A stretch of 64,000 nucleotides of DNA from the human T2T-CHM13v2.0 reference genome, Homo sapiens. The notes beneath the pieces are model-generated. The model worked only from the letters and a program-made list of their open reading frames with translations, searched no databases and was not told where the DNA came from. This document shows, in pieces, positions 27,459 through 40,250 of the stretch. Positions within the stretch are counted from its first letter, which is position 1; the number at the start of each line of letters is the position of its first letter. Position numbers and translations under genes: made by a program. The stretch lies in the NCBI RefSeq assembly GCF_009914755.1, contig NC_060937.1; one strand, 5' to 3'.

Positions 27459-28129
27459 AAATGAAATATCAGTACCCCAAGCTTTGCATCTTCCCTTTCA
27501 AAGTAATGAAAGCATATGAAAGATGGTCATGTGGGTTCTAGGTTTAGCCATCTCGTGATTAAATATATTTCCTTAAGTAAGTTAAACTTTGGGGGCCTGA
27601 TATCTACGAATTTGGAGGAGGTGATTTTGCAGATTCCTTTATTCCTTAGGATTCTGTGTTTTTTGTTTTAAAGTCCAGCTTCTTTTTTAGATAGTATATT
27701 CATGTGCCAATTTGATAAAGGTGCTAAATAATTTTGCAAGGTTAAAAGGCAATGTAATGTGCATACAAATCACTTGGCTTTGCCATATTATAAGGACATG
27801 GGGAATGACCTAATTATATTTTCTGTCATTCCTGCTCTGTGAATATCAGATCAGCAATAATACACAACAGGTTTAATTATTATTTAAATAATTTATATTG
27901 CCCTAGATAGTCAATAGGTAAATGTAAACAAATCTTTTACAGGGTAATAATTATTCAAGTGTCTATCCAAACTACCTCAAATAGTTTAGTTTATTCGAGT
28001 GGGTAGATTTATGTCTGCTTTGAAATAAAAAATAACTCTTTGAAAAATTATTTTTTCTATTTTATGATGCAAAAGTTGTTAAAAGTTGGTGAGTTAGATA
28101 AACACTAAATGACTACCATTACCACTTAT

Positions 28130-28380
28130 TGAAAATTTTCTTTTTAAGGTAACCAATTGCCTGCTAATTTTTATAGCCAAAGGCTAACATTATCTTTTAT
28201 TAATTATCCTAAAGGACTTCATGCCTTCTAGCAATGCTGACTGACTCTATTTCTGAACATCGTTTTATATACCCTTTGTTGGCCTCAATGCAGCTTTTGT
28301 CTCCTTTACTTCTCCAATATCTCTGGCATTTTATCATGATCTCCAATGCTGATATTCTACCTCTGTCTAACTTCATATAA
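28130..28380 (+). mobile_element. L2 fragment (upstream part, continues at ~31580)
   Basis: ttaaggtaaccaattgcctgcta...gccaaagg...cttctagcaatgctgac L2 motifs. Confidence 0.5.
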
Positions 28381-28459
28381 AATTAAATATATCACATTTT
28401 ATTTATCTGTTCAACAGTTAGTATACATTTGAGTTGTTTTCACTTTTTGGGTATTATGT

Positions 28460-30288
<1,829 letters not shown>

Positions 30289-30289
30289 A

Positions 30290-31576
30290 TTATTTTCTCT
30301 GGGATGTAGGGTTAATGTTTTATAGGCAAAGCATTCAATGTGATGTATCACACTAAAGAAATGTAATATAAAAAACACATGATCTTTTTTTTCTTTTTTA
30401 TTATACTTTAAGTTTTAGGGTACATGTGCACAACGTGCAGGTTAGTTACATATGTATACATGTGCCGTGTTGGTGTGCTGTACCCAGTAACTCATCATTT
30501 AACATTAGGTATATCTCCAAATGCTATCCCTCCTCCCTCCCCCCACCTCACAACAGGCCCCGGTGTCTGATGTTCTGCTTCCTGTGTCCATATGTTCTCA
30601 TTGTTCAGTTCCCACCTATGAGTGAGAATATGCGGTGTTTGGTTTTTTGTCCTTGGGATAGTTTGCTGAGAATGATGGTTTCCATCTTCGTCCATGTCCC
30701 TACAAAGGACATGAACTCATCATTTTTTATGGCTGCATAGTATTCCATGGTGTATATGTGCCACATTTTCTTAATCCAGTCTATCATTGTTGGACATTTG
30801 GGTTGGTTCCAAGTCTTTGCTATTGTGAATAGTGCCGCAATAAACATACGTGTGCATGTGTCTTCTAAATAGATGCAGGAAAAAACATTGTACAGAGGTC
30901 AACATCTTTTCGTGATAAAAACTCTCAACAAATTAGGTATAGAACAGTATTTTCTCAACACGAAAGTGGTCATTTATTAAAAGCCCATAGTTAATATCAT
31001 AATCAATGGGGAAAAATGAAAATTTATCCTCTAAGAGCTGGTACAAGGTAAAAATGCCCACTTTCACCATTTGTATTTAACACAGTACTTCCAGTACTAA
31101 CAAAAACAATCAGACACGAAAAAGAAATAAAATGATCCAAATCAGAAGAAAGAAGTAAAGTTATACCTGTTTGCAGATGGCAGAGATCCTATATGTAAAA
31201 AACCTAAATACTTCACTAAAGAGCTGTTAGAACTATGGACTCTGTAAAGTTATGGGGGACAACATACAAAAATAATTATTTCTTCACATAAATAATAATC
31301 TATGTGAAAAATAAATCAAGAAAACAATTCCATTTATAATGCCATCAAAAAGTAAGTACTTAGGAATAAATTTGACAAAGGAAGTGAAATATCTGTTCAC
31401 TAAAAACAATAAACATTGATGGAAGGAATTGAAGAAGACACAAATCAATGGAAAGAGATTCCATGTGTGTGAACTGGAAGAATTAATTGCTAAAATATTC
31501 CAAAGCAATTTACAGATTAATTGCAATCACTATCAAATTTCCAATGCTATTTGTGGTAGAAATAGGAAACAAAAAT
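30290..31576 (+). mobile_element. L1M ORF2 segment (inverted 5' part of the L1MA element)
   Basis: ctgggatg...aatgtgatgtatcac...atagatgcagg...ctgtttgcagatg...caaagcaatttacagatt; interrupted by L1PA. Confidence 0.8.
30385..30864 (-). mobile_element. L1PA3/4-like 5'-truncated 3' end (~480 bp)
   Basis: ttattatactttaagttttagggtacatgtgcacaacgtgcaggttagttac; ORF 30605-30847 is the ORF2 C-terminus (MFIAALFTIAKTWNQPKCP...). Confidence 0.95.
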
Positions 31577-31579
31577 GCC

Positions 31580-32340
31580 TCTTCCTTTAAGCTGAGATTT
31601 TCCACTCCTCTGTTTTCCCTTTATTTTTTCTCCACGGATGATGTCATCTATTCCCATTGTTATGATTAATATCTTGAGCTTCAAATTTTCTTTCCAAATT
31701 TTATTTCCATATAGGATCAAGTGATCCTATTTACTTAAATATATAGGGACTTCAAACTGAAATCAAAAGCCAAACTTTTTTTCTCACAGGTAAGCATTTG
31801 CTTCAATTTATAATTTCTTTTGTAATAGAGTGATCACACCCCTGTCTGCTAAACTGGAAAATTTGGCACCATTTTAGACTCTCCATTCACTCCCTGCTAT
31901 TTTGCACTGTCTATTATCAAATCTGTCTGATCTACCTCAGTTAGAGTTTTCAAATTTCTCAGTCCTTACTTATTTATATCTTGGTCCCTATTTATTAGGC
32001 CTTCATTGTCCTTCATCATCTCACATTTACAATCTTGCAGTGATTGTAGCCTCCTAAGATTTTTTCTGGTGATCCTTTCTCAACTGAGCCGCTATTCACA
32101 TAGCCACCAGCATGGGTAATGCTTTATCTTTTAATTATTTTCATTATCTCCAGGTTAATATCAAATCCCATTAATGTGGAGAACAGCAATGCTTATAATC
32201 TAAACTCAGATAAACTCTTTATCATAAACTTTTGCCCTATCACCATCCTGTCTTTAATTTACAATTCATGGAATCACCCCATGACACTGAACTTCTCATC
32301 ATCCCCACAAAATTCCCAATTACTTCATGATTTTTGACCT
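31580..32340 (+). mobile_element. L2 fragment (continuation)
   Basis: gatgtcatctattcccat...acttcaaactgaaatc...aaatttggcaccattttagactctcc motifs. Confidence 0.55.
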
Positions 32341-33363
32341 ACCGTTGCTGAGCTTGACCCAGCTTAAATATGTCCTTCTAAATGATACCTTTTATGACTC
32401 TACCAGGAACATTAAGAAGGTATTGGAAAATTGTACATATTCCCTCTGGGGAAGTCACAAATGTGAACCCAAGGTGAGATGAAAGCCAAAGACAATAATT
32501 TGTGTTCATACAGGAGACTGTACTCACATAGTCAATTTTCTCTGCTTGTTTTGAATAAGCTTCCCATGTGGACCTGAAATGGAGAAAAAAATGGGTTTAG
32601 GTAAAAGGAGACCTTTCAACTGCAGATGGGTATATGCAATGGATTCATCAGACATTACTTGGGATGGACAGATATGGAGGATTTGCTTCTTCATGTTGCC
32701 TGTTAATGTGCATTATTGTACCCTATTGAGCTTGAAAGGATCGTATGAGCTGCGTGTATCTTTATAATTAATGTGGCTATTATGTATATTCCTAATTTAA
32801 AAAGAAAAATATAATTCACTTTGCACATATATTTCCTTTGTTAAAATAATCAGAAAACTTTAAAAATATTGGTTCAGTTAGTATTTATAATGAATAAATG
32901 TGTGTATGAAATTTTCTTATTGATGGAAAATATTAATTAGCTAGTTAAGTTTATTGGCTTTTGTTTAATATTCAGCTCAAGGCACAATACAGGTGAATTG
33001 AATGTGTAATGTTATTGGTCAATTATGTTATATTTGAATTATTCATAACCCAAGTACTAATGCCCTCATTCTATAGCACGTATCCATGGGGGAACAAGGT
33101 TTTCACATACATATTTGGTCAGTTTACATTATTAGCTGAATATCATGAATTCTGTTATAGGTGCCAGAATAGAAATCACCATGGAAAATATGCTTAATGG
33201 TTATTCTGCAGATGTTGCATTATGAAACTATACTCATGCTATTAATCTTCTGAAGCCTATTACCATTCCTACAGACAAGACCATCAATACACTAATGTTG
33301 TTAATTGCCTAATTTCAGTAGTCTTGAAAACAGAGGTTAGAAGCAGTCTTGATTAAAAACCCC

Positions 33364-33364
33364 C

Positions 33365-33399
<35 letters not shown>
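33364..33399. repeat. (CAA)12 microsatellite
   Basis: Direct reading. Confidence 0.95.
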
Positions 33400-34510
33400 A
33401 CTGAAAATAACCCTGATGAATAGTTGTAAATCATAAAACAAAGAAACTCTAAAACCTTTATAAAGACAGCCTTCTGATAGTATACACTGAACTATCATTA
33501 ATTCTGGGTATATCATTGTAAATAAACTTCAGAAATTGTACTTAGTTCCTAAATCAATGTGTTTAAAATTATAATATTTCATTCCTCAAAACAATTTAAA
33601 TATCTCTGTAATATTTTGTTTCTTATCAGTCCTATCTGAATTATATATTGCTAAAGAATTCTGCACACATCCATATGTATTTATACATATATAGCCATAT
33701 ATAGATAGAGATATATATTTTGCTCTGTGCCTATGAAAATGGAAATGCATAGTTCATGGAGAAAACAGAAGCCAGGAGATAGAACAGGCCACTTTTCTAA
33801 TTGTCTTTTTGTTGGCAGAAGAAAATAATTACATTACAAATATGAAATAAATTTACTGATCTTGATATTAGAATGCCCAACTCTTTTTCTGAGTTTTCCT
33901 CTATTGTTTCCATCTTTCACTCTGCACCTTTAAATGTAACTTTTTACTTTCAAAAATCAACCTAGATCCAGGGTCCTGAAATAATTCTTTTTTCTGACAA
34001 AGAATGATGGACAGATATGTGTTCTCTCAATTTCAATATGATATCCAAAATACTATGTGGGTAGTATAAACACAAATAATTCTACATTTGTATCTGTTAT
34101 CTGAACAGAAGGACATGTTCTCTTCAACTCCTGCATATTCAATTGTTCCTTTCTGCAATATATCAAAGTTCAGATGAACCAATTACGATCTGGCCCCTCG
34201 TCATTGCCTTTACCACACCTTTTGCAAAAACTCTTAAGCCATACTTATCACTTACCCTCCTCTGCTTCTTCCCTTGTGCCTTTTTGTTTTTGTTTTTTTG
34301 TTTGTTTCTACTGGAAACACCCTTCTCAGTTTTGACTATCTAAAATTCTACTTCTCATACAGGTGCCAACTTAGCCACCAAATCCTTTTGTCAGCTTATT
34401 TTTGATCCTCTACAGTCATTTCGCCTATTTGTTTTAAAGCACCATTGAATTTTTCATATGCAGCAAGGCACTTGCTTATTCACTTTGCTAACACTTTTAG
34501 CCATGAGCTT

Positions 34511-34991
34511 GGCTATGGCTTGAATATTGTTTGGCCTCACAAAAATTCATATTAAAATTTGATTACCAATGTGGTAGTGTTGGGAGGTAGGGCCTCATGG
34601 GAGGTGTTTGGGTCATGAAGCAGATCCCTCTTGAATAGATTAATGCCTTCCAGAGTGGGTGAATAAGTTCTTGCTTTCACAGAAAACAAGAGGATTGGTT
34701 CCAAAGAAGGTTCCAAGAGGATTGGAACCAAAGGATTGGTTCCCTCCAGTGTAGGTTGTTAAAAAGGCTTCCTTGGTTTTCTTTCTTGCTTTCTTTCTCA
34801 CCATGTGATCTCTTTGCACTCACTCACTGTCCTGCTTTCCACCATGAGTGCAAGCAGCATGAGGCCCTCACCAGATATAGGTGCCCAATCTTGGACTTGC
34901 TAGCCACCAGAATCATAAGCCAAATAAACCTATTTTCTTTATAAATTACCCAATCTCAGGTATTCCATTACAGCAACGTGAAACAAAGACA
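34511..34991 (+). mobile_element. MSTB-like MaLR solo LTR inserted in an L2 3' end
   Basis: gctatggcttgaat...tgaggccctcaccagat...ataaattacccaatctcaggtattcc; 5-bp TSD agctt/agctc. Confidence 0.85.
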
Positions 34992-35523
34992 AGCTCCTGA
35001 AAAAAAGAGACTCTAACAGCATATACTTTGTTGTGTTTCAACAATGTTTGGCACTAGTTGTGAATCACAGAAATTACCCAAGATATAGCTGCTGAATGAA
35101 TTAATGGAAGAGTAAATTGAAGAACAAATGAAGATCAACATAGGAAACAATTGTGTTTGTGTTACATATGCTAAATTAATTGAATAGTGTCAGCAATAAT
35201 CATGTGATTTCAATATATTTACTGAAAAATAGCACAACAAAAGCAATGAGAAAAATTGGAAAAATTTACCAGGTTTTTTTTCTTAAAATTGCCATCTTTA
35301 ATATTGGATTATATTAAATGTTTATTAAATGTTTACAGAATAGCAGAGTGTTCAATTTGGGAGAAAATAGAACAAAACAAAAGCATATGCAATTATCTCT
35401 CTTAGATCTATCTATAAATCAAATGAGCCTTTCTGAATTTGACTACATTAATAATTTATTTTGTTACATGGAGCTATACACCTGCTCTAGTTTGTATTGT
35501 TGCACTGAAGATTAGTATTTAGT

Positions 35524-35582
35524 ATTAGGTAATATATGTCACTTTGGGACATATGCATTAGGTAATATATGTCACTTTGGGA
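35524..35582. repeat. 26-bp perfect direct repeat with 7-bp spacer
   Basis: attaggtaatatatgtcactttggga-catatgc-attaggtaatatatgtcactttggga. Confidence 0.95.
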
Positions 35583-37476
35583 GAGAAATAATGGATCTAG
35601 AAAAAAATGATTAGAAAATCTAGCATTGTCTTGCAGAAACATACAACTTTCATGAAATTTTTTAAGTTGGTTATCTGAGCTAGGGGTATGGCCATTCAAT
35701 CACGGTAGACAATGACATCAAATGACCTTACAAAAGTTTAATTTGCTTTCATGGTGTTTGCAATTTTATATTTAAAATGTTTTTTAACACATTGGTATAC
35801 ATATTTTTCTTTAAAAATTATTCATAAAATTTTACATTAAGGTTTTATTCTATTTGTCAGTTCTGGCCACATTCTTATAAAAATACCAAGAGAAGACTCT
35901 GAAAACACTTGTTTTAATGACAAAAAATTGATCATGGGGGCAGGCTATCTCAAGATGCTTTTCTTTACCACACATTTTTCTAAAACAAATCAACCTCAAG
36001 TGACCTTACCTGGAATCCTGTGATCTTGTTTCAAATTTAATGCTTGAGAATAAATGCTTTAATATTTTATATCAATAAAGGTAAGTCAGCTTCTTCTTGG
36101 AATTTTATTTAATGTCAGAAATATTGTCTCCATCTAAGTATACAAACACCTTTCCTCTTGCAAGTAGAACTTAATGTACCATCATCAAGCCCAAGGGAAA
36201 ATTAACCACTTTGAAGAAAACTAAAGCTAGAAAAAACATTTTTATATACACACTTCTAAAAATCACTCATAAACAAATTCTCACCCCTTGAGAGATGTAT
36301 ACAAACAATAGGTAGCAAAATGTTCTAATAAAATATTAAAAACTTTACTGGACCCATTTCAATGGCTTCTTAGAAGCCAAGACCCTGATCGAGTAGTACT
36401 TTCTTTGCAAATGCAGGATCAAAAGGTCAGCAAATCTAAGAGTTAAATGGCTTTTGTTTTACTGTTCCACAGAGACAGCTCTCATTTAATTTATGTCACT
36501 ATGGATCTTAAAATCCTAAACCGTTTTTTATAGGAAAGCCTCTGGTATGGTACCCAGATCAGTGAGAGACAGGAAGTCAAAGGGTAAAAAGTCCAAGTGT
36601 GAGTTTGTTTAGAAGATAATCTACTGCACGCCAAGGAAGGTAATGGGCCTTGACTTGTTGTGCTATATAATAAGATTAGGAACAAAAAAGGTAGGCAGGC
36701 TTTCCTTTCTCCAGTTATTGATAGCACGTGCTTGTAAAAGTAACCAAAACAATAGTAAAATATATTAATTCATAAAGATAAGTGTTTTTTTCCCTGATTT
36801 TTCTGATTCTGTTGTATCATGTGTAGACTATATGAAACTTTAAGATAGTATTTATTTATTGACGAGGTGCAAGTTCTATGCACTAAATATGCTGTGTGTC
36901 AATGAGTCAACAAGTGACTTGAGTCTAAGTTTTTGGTCTGCAATTCATTCAATATGAAATCCAATATGAATTCAGGTGTGTCATTTAACCTCCCCAAGTC
37001 CAGTATGAAAAATACTATGTAATACTCAAAAATCTAAGGCTAGCAACCTTCTGATTGGTGCAGATAAAATGGCCTGTGATCTTATTACTTTAACAGATAA
37101 CTTTTAACATCTTTTTATTTAGCTCTTTATATTCTTCTCTTTTCTTTCCATGGCCATCTCCTTCAGTTGCCTCTTCTGACATATCCCAGGAAGTTGCTAG
37201 ATTTTTTATGCCTTTTCTGAATTCTACAATATGATTGGGCTGACTCTAGGACAGATAGGATTTCTGTTTTGATCTAGGATTCATGTATCATGCTAAGGGC
37301 AGGGAAGGAAGTGAGAAACATTATTAAGGACCGAGGCCTAATGAGGGGTGAGAAAGAGTAGATAGTGAACAAGGGGTGTTGGGGGGAGGGTATTTATTCC
37401 ATTATCCATCTGGAGTTTAAAAATAGCAATCAAATCATCTAAAAGCTAGACTGCTTTGTATTATCACTATGGCTTG

Positions 37477-38134
37477 GTAGTTTCAAGCAATGTTAGTAAT
37501 AAATCACTCCTTTTCCAGAAAAATCTTTTGTTTTTCTAAATTGTTAATAATTGTCTGGTCTGTATTACCCAGAGATTGCCTGGCATTAGGTTTTGTTAGA
37601 TGTTCCTTACCTCAAATGTGAAAGGTGGGGAAAACATTTAATCTTCAAAGATGAGGATTTTTTATATGAAAGTACATGTAAAAAGAATTAATCAGCAGTT
37701 TCAAACAATGTTAATATTAAATCACTCCTTTTCCAGAAAAATCTTTTGTTTTATCTAAATTGTTAATAATTGTCTGGTCTGTATTACCCAGAGATTGCCT
37801 GGCATTAGGTTTTGTTAGATGTTCCTTACCTCAAATGTGAAAGGTGGGGAAAACATTTAATCTTCAAAGATGAGGATTTTTTATATGAAAGTACATGTAA
37901 AAAGAATTAATCAGCAGTTTCAAACAATGTTAATATTAAATCACTCCTTTTCTAGAAAAATCTTTTGTTTTATCTAAATTGTTAATAATTGTCTGGTCTG
38001 TACTACCCAGAGATTGCCTGGCATTAGGTTTTGTTAGATATTCCTTACCTCAAATGTGAAAGGTGGGGAAAATACTTAATCTTCAAAGATGAGGATTTCT
38101 TATATGAAAGTACATGTGAAAAGAATTAATCAGC
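37477..38134. repeat. Tandem array, 3 x ~219 bp
   Basis: aaatcactcc recurs at 37501, 37719 and 37938. Confidence 0.97.
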
Positions 38135-38434
38135 TAGATAACCATCAAGAAAAGACTATCATTTCAGATTTGAATTAATTAATATTATAATAAATATGGA
38201 CTGCTTATTTAATAACAGCTTGTATGAAATATATAAATACCATTAAGTTTACTTTTTTCTGTTCTTTATTGTTCACGAAATGCAACAAAAGCAAAAGGAG
38301 ATGGTAACAAGATCAATGTTTTGATCCTACTCTTTTATAGTACATATAACTACCTAATTTAATCCCTAAATAGAAATAGATGCTTAGGTATTACTGAAAT
38401 ATTTTGGAACAAATCATGAGCCTGATCCTTAATA

Positions 38435-39355
38435 AATTTTAATTAAATGTTACATTTTGTGATCATTATAGATTCACATGCAGATATAAAATTAATATAC
38501 AGAGTGAACTCATGTATGCTTTACCCAGTTTCTGTTAAAGATAACATCTTGCAAAACTTAGTATAATATTACAACCAGGATGTTGGTATTAATTCAAGCA
38601 GCCAAACTTTTTAAGATTTCCCAAGCCTTACTTGTACTTATTTTTATGTCTTCTCTTTATCCACAGAAATACATGACATGGCATTTTCTAAAACAAGTGA
38701 ATAAGAAATATATTAGCATGAAATGCACAGATATTCACTGAGCACTTGTTTCCAAGTAGAAAGGTATAGACAGAGTCAGGTTTCCCGGTACAATTTGGCA
38801 GTCAAGGTAATTCCTCAAGCAGATCAGACAGCTGTTTCCCTTTGCAAGATTTCTTAAATTTCAGTATATTTCCCACAGAATCTTTCCAAGTTTTTGCTGA
38901 AGTTAGCATTCTTTTCATTCATATAGTTGATATCTGCACAGTCATTGTAAGGACATCTCTGATTACATTTGTATCATTTTCCAATTTGCTTCTCTAAGCT
39001 GTTCTCATTATGAATAGCATGCGTGTGTGTGTGTACATTTAGTTCTGTGCATTTTTATCAAGTTTAGGTTCATGTATGTGTAGCCAACACCACATTCGAT
39101 ATACAGAACTGTTCTGTCACCAGGAGGATCCACATTCTGCCCTTTTATAAACATTCCCCATCCCACCCACTTCCTTAAGCCTAATAACCACTGATCTATT
39201 CTCCATTACTATAATATTATCATGAATGGAATAATACTGTATTCAATCTATTAAAACTGGCTTTTTTCACTCAGCACAATTTTTTAAAAATTCAACCAAG
39301 TTGTTGCCTGCATAATAGCTTGTTCATTTTTATTATTGAGTATTATTTCATGATT
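38435..39355 (-). mobile_element. L1MC1/2-like 3' end, split by the retrocopy at ~38641-39020
   Basis: tttacccagtttc...aacatcttgcaaaact...ttacttgtact resumes as tgtgtgtg...tttagttctgtgca...gatatacagaactgttc. Confidence 0.8.
38641..38997 (-). pseudogene. SYF2: 5'-truncated processed pseudogene fragment of SYF2 (pre-mRNA splicing factor): C-terminal ~57 codons (38997-38824) plus probable 3'UTR
   Basis: Minus-strand translation [55 protein letters not shown] aligns to the SYF2 C-terminus as I recall it ([58 protein letters not shown]), with the terminal stop in place and two internal stops. Confidence 0.9.
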
Positions 39356-39488
39356 CTTTTATTACTTTTTAAATATCCCTTTTTTGTACCAGACCACTCA
39401 TGAAACCATATTTTTAAATGTCTGCACTAAGATTTAAAGTGGTCAGAAAAAAAATGTTTAGTGCTTCAAAATGTAGACTTTTCAATAA

Positions 39489-40002
39489 TGTTGTGAGCAA
39501 GCCCCCCAAAATCTGGCCATAAACTGGCCCCAAGACTGGCCATAAACAAAATCTCTGCAGCACTGTGACATGTTCATAATGGCCCTAATGTCCATGCTGG
39601 AAGGTTGTGGATTTACGGGAAAGAAGGCAAGGAACACCTGGCCCGCCCAGGGTGGAAACCACTTAAAGGCATTCTTAAGCCACAAACAATAGCATGAGCG
39701 ATTTATGCCTTAACGGCATGTTCCTGCTGCAGTTAATTAGCCCAACCTATTTCTTTAATTCAGCTCATCCCTTCGTTTCCCTTAAGGGATACTTTTAGCT
39801 AATTTAATATCTATAGAAACAATGCTAATGACTGGTTTGCTGTTAATACATGTGTAGGTAAATCTCTGTTCGGAGCTCTCAGCTCTGAGGGCTGTGAGAC
39901 CCCTGATTTTCCACTTTACACCTCTATATTTCTGTGTGTGTGTGTCTTTAATTCCTCTATCGCTGCTGAGTTAGGATCCCCCCAACCTAGCTGGTCTCAG
40001 CA
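39489..40002 (+). mobile_element. MER9 (HERV-K HML-3) solo LTR
   Basis: tgttg...aagccccccaaaatctggccataaactggcccc...gctggtctcagca, 514 bp; perfect 6-bp TSD caataa. Confidence 0.92.
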
Positions 40003-40009
40003 CAATAAT

Positions 40010-40250
40010 ATTAATTATAGTAAATACTTCTGGAGTATGCATTATTGCTAGGCATTATTCTAAGCCCTTGTATATATTGTCTTCTTTAACCCTGATTATA
40101 ATCCTAAAATAAAAACTATTGCCATCCTCATTTCGACAATGAAGGAAAAAAACATAAGTGTTAAGAAACCTGACTTGGAGAATACAGCTACAAAGTGATC
40201 AATATTTACACCCAGGCAGTTAGACTCCAGAGTCTGTACCTCCAACAGGA
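40010..40250 (-). mobile_element. MIR
   Basis: tgctaggcattattctaagc...tttaaccct...catcctcattt...acccaggcagttagactccagagtc. Confidence 0.6.

Noticed and set aside
37370-37550. hAT-Tip100 (Arthur1/MER69-like) fragment overlapping the start of the tandem array
   Set aside because: Resemblance is weak and from memory only; not called as a feature
35524-38134. Direct repeats as a CRISPR-like array
   Set aside because: Only two or three units, no series of unique spacers, no cas genes, and a mammalian context
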